Source: Octopus bimaculoides (Eukaryota). Taken from it: DNA of 35,783 nt. Position 1 is the first letter of the stretch; every line of letters starts with the position of its first letter. The stretch spans positions 84,909,334 through 84,945,116 of the forward strand of contig NC_068988.1 of NCBI RefSeq assembly GCF_001194135.2, given 5' to 3'. Under the pieces are notes generated by a model. That model saw only the letters and a program-made list of their open reading frames with translations. It made no database searches and had not been told where the DNA came from. Positions 33,374-35,783 of the stretch are shown here, piece by piece. Both the position numbers and the translations under genes were made by a program.

Positions 33374-33532
33374 CCAGTGACAATTTTATAATGATGCAAA
33401 TATAAGTGTGTCTATACATGTAATCGAAACTCTGAGCCCTTCTCACAACCAATCATACTCTCCCCAAGAAACTCATACACATCACATCACCTCTTACTTT
33501 AACCATTTCCTTGAAGGAACAAAGTAGAAAGT

Positions 33533-33666
33533 GTGTGTGGGTGTGAGAGAGAGAGAGAAAGAGAGAAAGAGAGAGAGAGAAAGAGAGAGAGAGAGAAAGA
33601 GAGAGAGAGAAAGAGAGNNNNNNNNNNGAGAGAGAAAGAGAGAGAGAGAAAGAGAGAGAGAGAGAA

Positions 33667-33699
<33 letters not shown>

Positions 33700-33700
33700 C
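33533..33700. repeat. (GA)n/(GAAA) microsatellite with a 10-N gap
   Basis: Directly visible; gap 33618-33627. Confidence 0.95.
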
Positions 33701-34573
33701 CCCAATATTTGATTGTTACTTTATCGATCATGAAAAAAATGAAAGGCAAGTTTACCTAGAGGGGATTTGAAATTAAAGCATAAGAAACCAGAACAAATAT
33801 CACAAGACATCTTATCTGGTGTTCTGAAGACATAGCAAATTCACTGCCCATTTGTATCCTCAGTGAAGTCTTTATTAATAGTAGCTCAACTTTCAGTAAG
33901 TCATATAACTGCTATACTTCTACCTGCAGAGTGAAGCTAACATTTCCAGGGAATATGCCATGCCATAGTTGATTTTCAAGGACTTCCGACAATACCCAAA
34001 AATTAACAGAGTTATAAACACTATTATTATTATTTTTTTTTCTGCAAGACTTCATAGATATTTCATAGATATTTGATAAACATGAATGTGGTGTTCTGTT
34101 TAATTTTATATTTTGTTAAAAGACATGTTAATTCTCTACTCCTCCCTACACAATTCTCCTCTTCTACTCCCTCCACCAACACCACCACCACCACCATCAT
34201 CAATGTTGTCGGTCTTGTTGCTTCCCCCTCCCCCTTTCACTACACTACCCAATCATTTTCATCCCCACCTCCATTACCATATTGAATATAAATTGGTCAG
34301 GTCCCACAATGTCTAACCACTTGGTTGCTGTACTGTATTTGTTACACACAACAACAAAGAAAACAGCCACTCTTTGTCATGAACTCAAGATGATAGATTG
34401 AGTGCATAAAAAGCCTGTTTAGTGACAGCAGTTTTAAACTCAGGAAGTCATATGATAGCAATCTTCTGCCAACATGTCCTTTGCACTTATGACCTACATT
34501 TTGCAAAAGAAAAACTCTGAGTAAGTTTTTATGATGTCTTTGCTGCTTTATTAATAAAGTGTGTATACATATA

Positions 34574-35414
34574 CAGTATTTGCCGGTGTATAAGCCGCAC
34601 CCGTGTATAACCCCCTCCCCCGATTTTCGGTCCCTGACGGTGATGGTAGTGGTGGTGGTGGGGGGGACCAGGAATTAACTGGGGCTGATGAAAAGGAAGA
34701 AATGTGGGATGAATACAAACTTCAATATCATGATGATTTCATACTTGACAAACATTTCTGACTGCAATCATTGATATTCATAATTATTAATGGAAGAAGA
34801 TAGACTCCAGGTTTTAAATGCAAGACCTAATAAAAAAACATCTTTTTATTACATTTGCTTATATGATTTATTCATATTGTGATCTTTATATTCTTTCTTG
34901 AAAATGTGTGGTCCTAAAAAGGACTGACCCTAATGGGTAGAGACTTCACTCAATGCCTAAGAACACTTTGTTATCAAATGACCCATTGAAGACCTTGCAG
35001 AGTTGATCATCTGCATATGCCAGTTCATCCTTGTCATTGCTGGAGTCAGAAAAGTCAAGAGAGATGGCGTTGTCTTCCCACAAGATGTCATATTCTGTGC
35101 AGCACCATTGAAGCAAAAGCTGTGATTGAGACGATACTGGTGCATGTTGGCTTGAAATGTGTAATGTTATAAGAGTGTATGGCAGACAAAATGGATGATG
35201 ACACTGAAATAAGAATATTTAAACAGTTTTTTTTACTAGTTTTAATGGCAAGAATTGTAAGGGGAGCCAGTACCACATGAATCTTCGATAATTACATGAA
35301 ATAATGTTTGGGTTTTAGACCGACTTTTCCTTGTACCCATGTATAAACTGCACCCCTCTTTTCCTGGATTTTCCTGTTGGAAAAAAACTGCAGTTAATAC
35401 ACCGGCAAATACGG
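34574..35414 (-). mobile_element. Internally deleted pogo-family DNA transposon, 841 bp
   Basis: TIRs cagtatttgccggtgtata / aatacaccggcaaatacgg; TA at 34572-73 and 35415-16; subterminal gtataa-gcc/act-gcaccc repeats; minus-strand C-terminal remnant EYDILWEDN...acidic tail. Confidence 0.8.
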
Positions 35415-35783
35415 TACATATCTTAATATATAAATCTGAAATTGTGTGTTTGTGTGAAGCCTTTTTGAATGTTTATAGAAATCCACATTTTCCACTTTTT
35501 CGTAAAATTTTTTACATCAATGGAATTTTCTCGATCTGAGCTTTCCAGTGCAGTAATTAGATTTTTTAAATTCCGTTTACTTTGTGTGATTTAAGGGAGA
35601 TTTGGCTGTTGTTTCTAGCAACTTTTATATTTCATCCCTGCTACCTGGAACGCCATTCTTACACACGCGCTCAACATAAAAATATAGAGAGTAAAAGTAA
35701 AAGAGGGAGAGGGAGAGAGAGAGAAAGTGATACATACAACGTCATAGATTAAACTTTCATCTCAGTATTTTTTACCTATTTTT

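Noticed and set aside
33453-33530. Candidate upstream hillarin micro-exon (EMVK|gtaaga)
   Set aside because: Poor acceptor (AAG) and no family similarity; the LIM-type N-terminus is not found in 32100-35783.
34685-34702. CTGATGA...GAAA resembling a hammerhead core
   Set aside because: The intervening AAAGGAA cannot form stem II, and there is no stem I or III.

Overview
Eukaryotic, AT-rich, microsatellite-rich genomic DNA with four N gaps. An octopod cephalopod is inferred from the (TA/CA/GA)n load and the RTE/SINE repeat families. The only supportable host gene is a minus-strand hillarin-like gene (coiled coil + inactive transglutaminase-like domain + KY-type Ig-like repeats). Seven coding exons with GT-AG sites and consistent phases join into 835 aa plus stop (32098 to 9621); the 5' exons lie beyond the window. 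The introns and 3' flank hold a DD36E Tc1 element, a DD41D mariner-family element, pogo/Tigger remnants, a 5'-truncated RTE LINE with a PHD finger inside its RT, and tRNA-derived SINE and RTE-tail fragments. The most unusual signal is a set of at least six minimal type-I hammerhead-ribozyme-like motifs from several sequence families, each with a (near-)palindromic stem III, the hallmark of Penelope-like element (PLE) ribozymes. Three of them sit in short foldback elements; one 525-bp element carries an intact-core hammerhead on each strand. Five long local inverted repeats fall between 7.6 and 20.9 kb. All structure and family calls were made by eye, with no database search or folding run.
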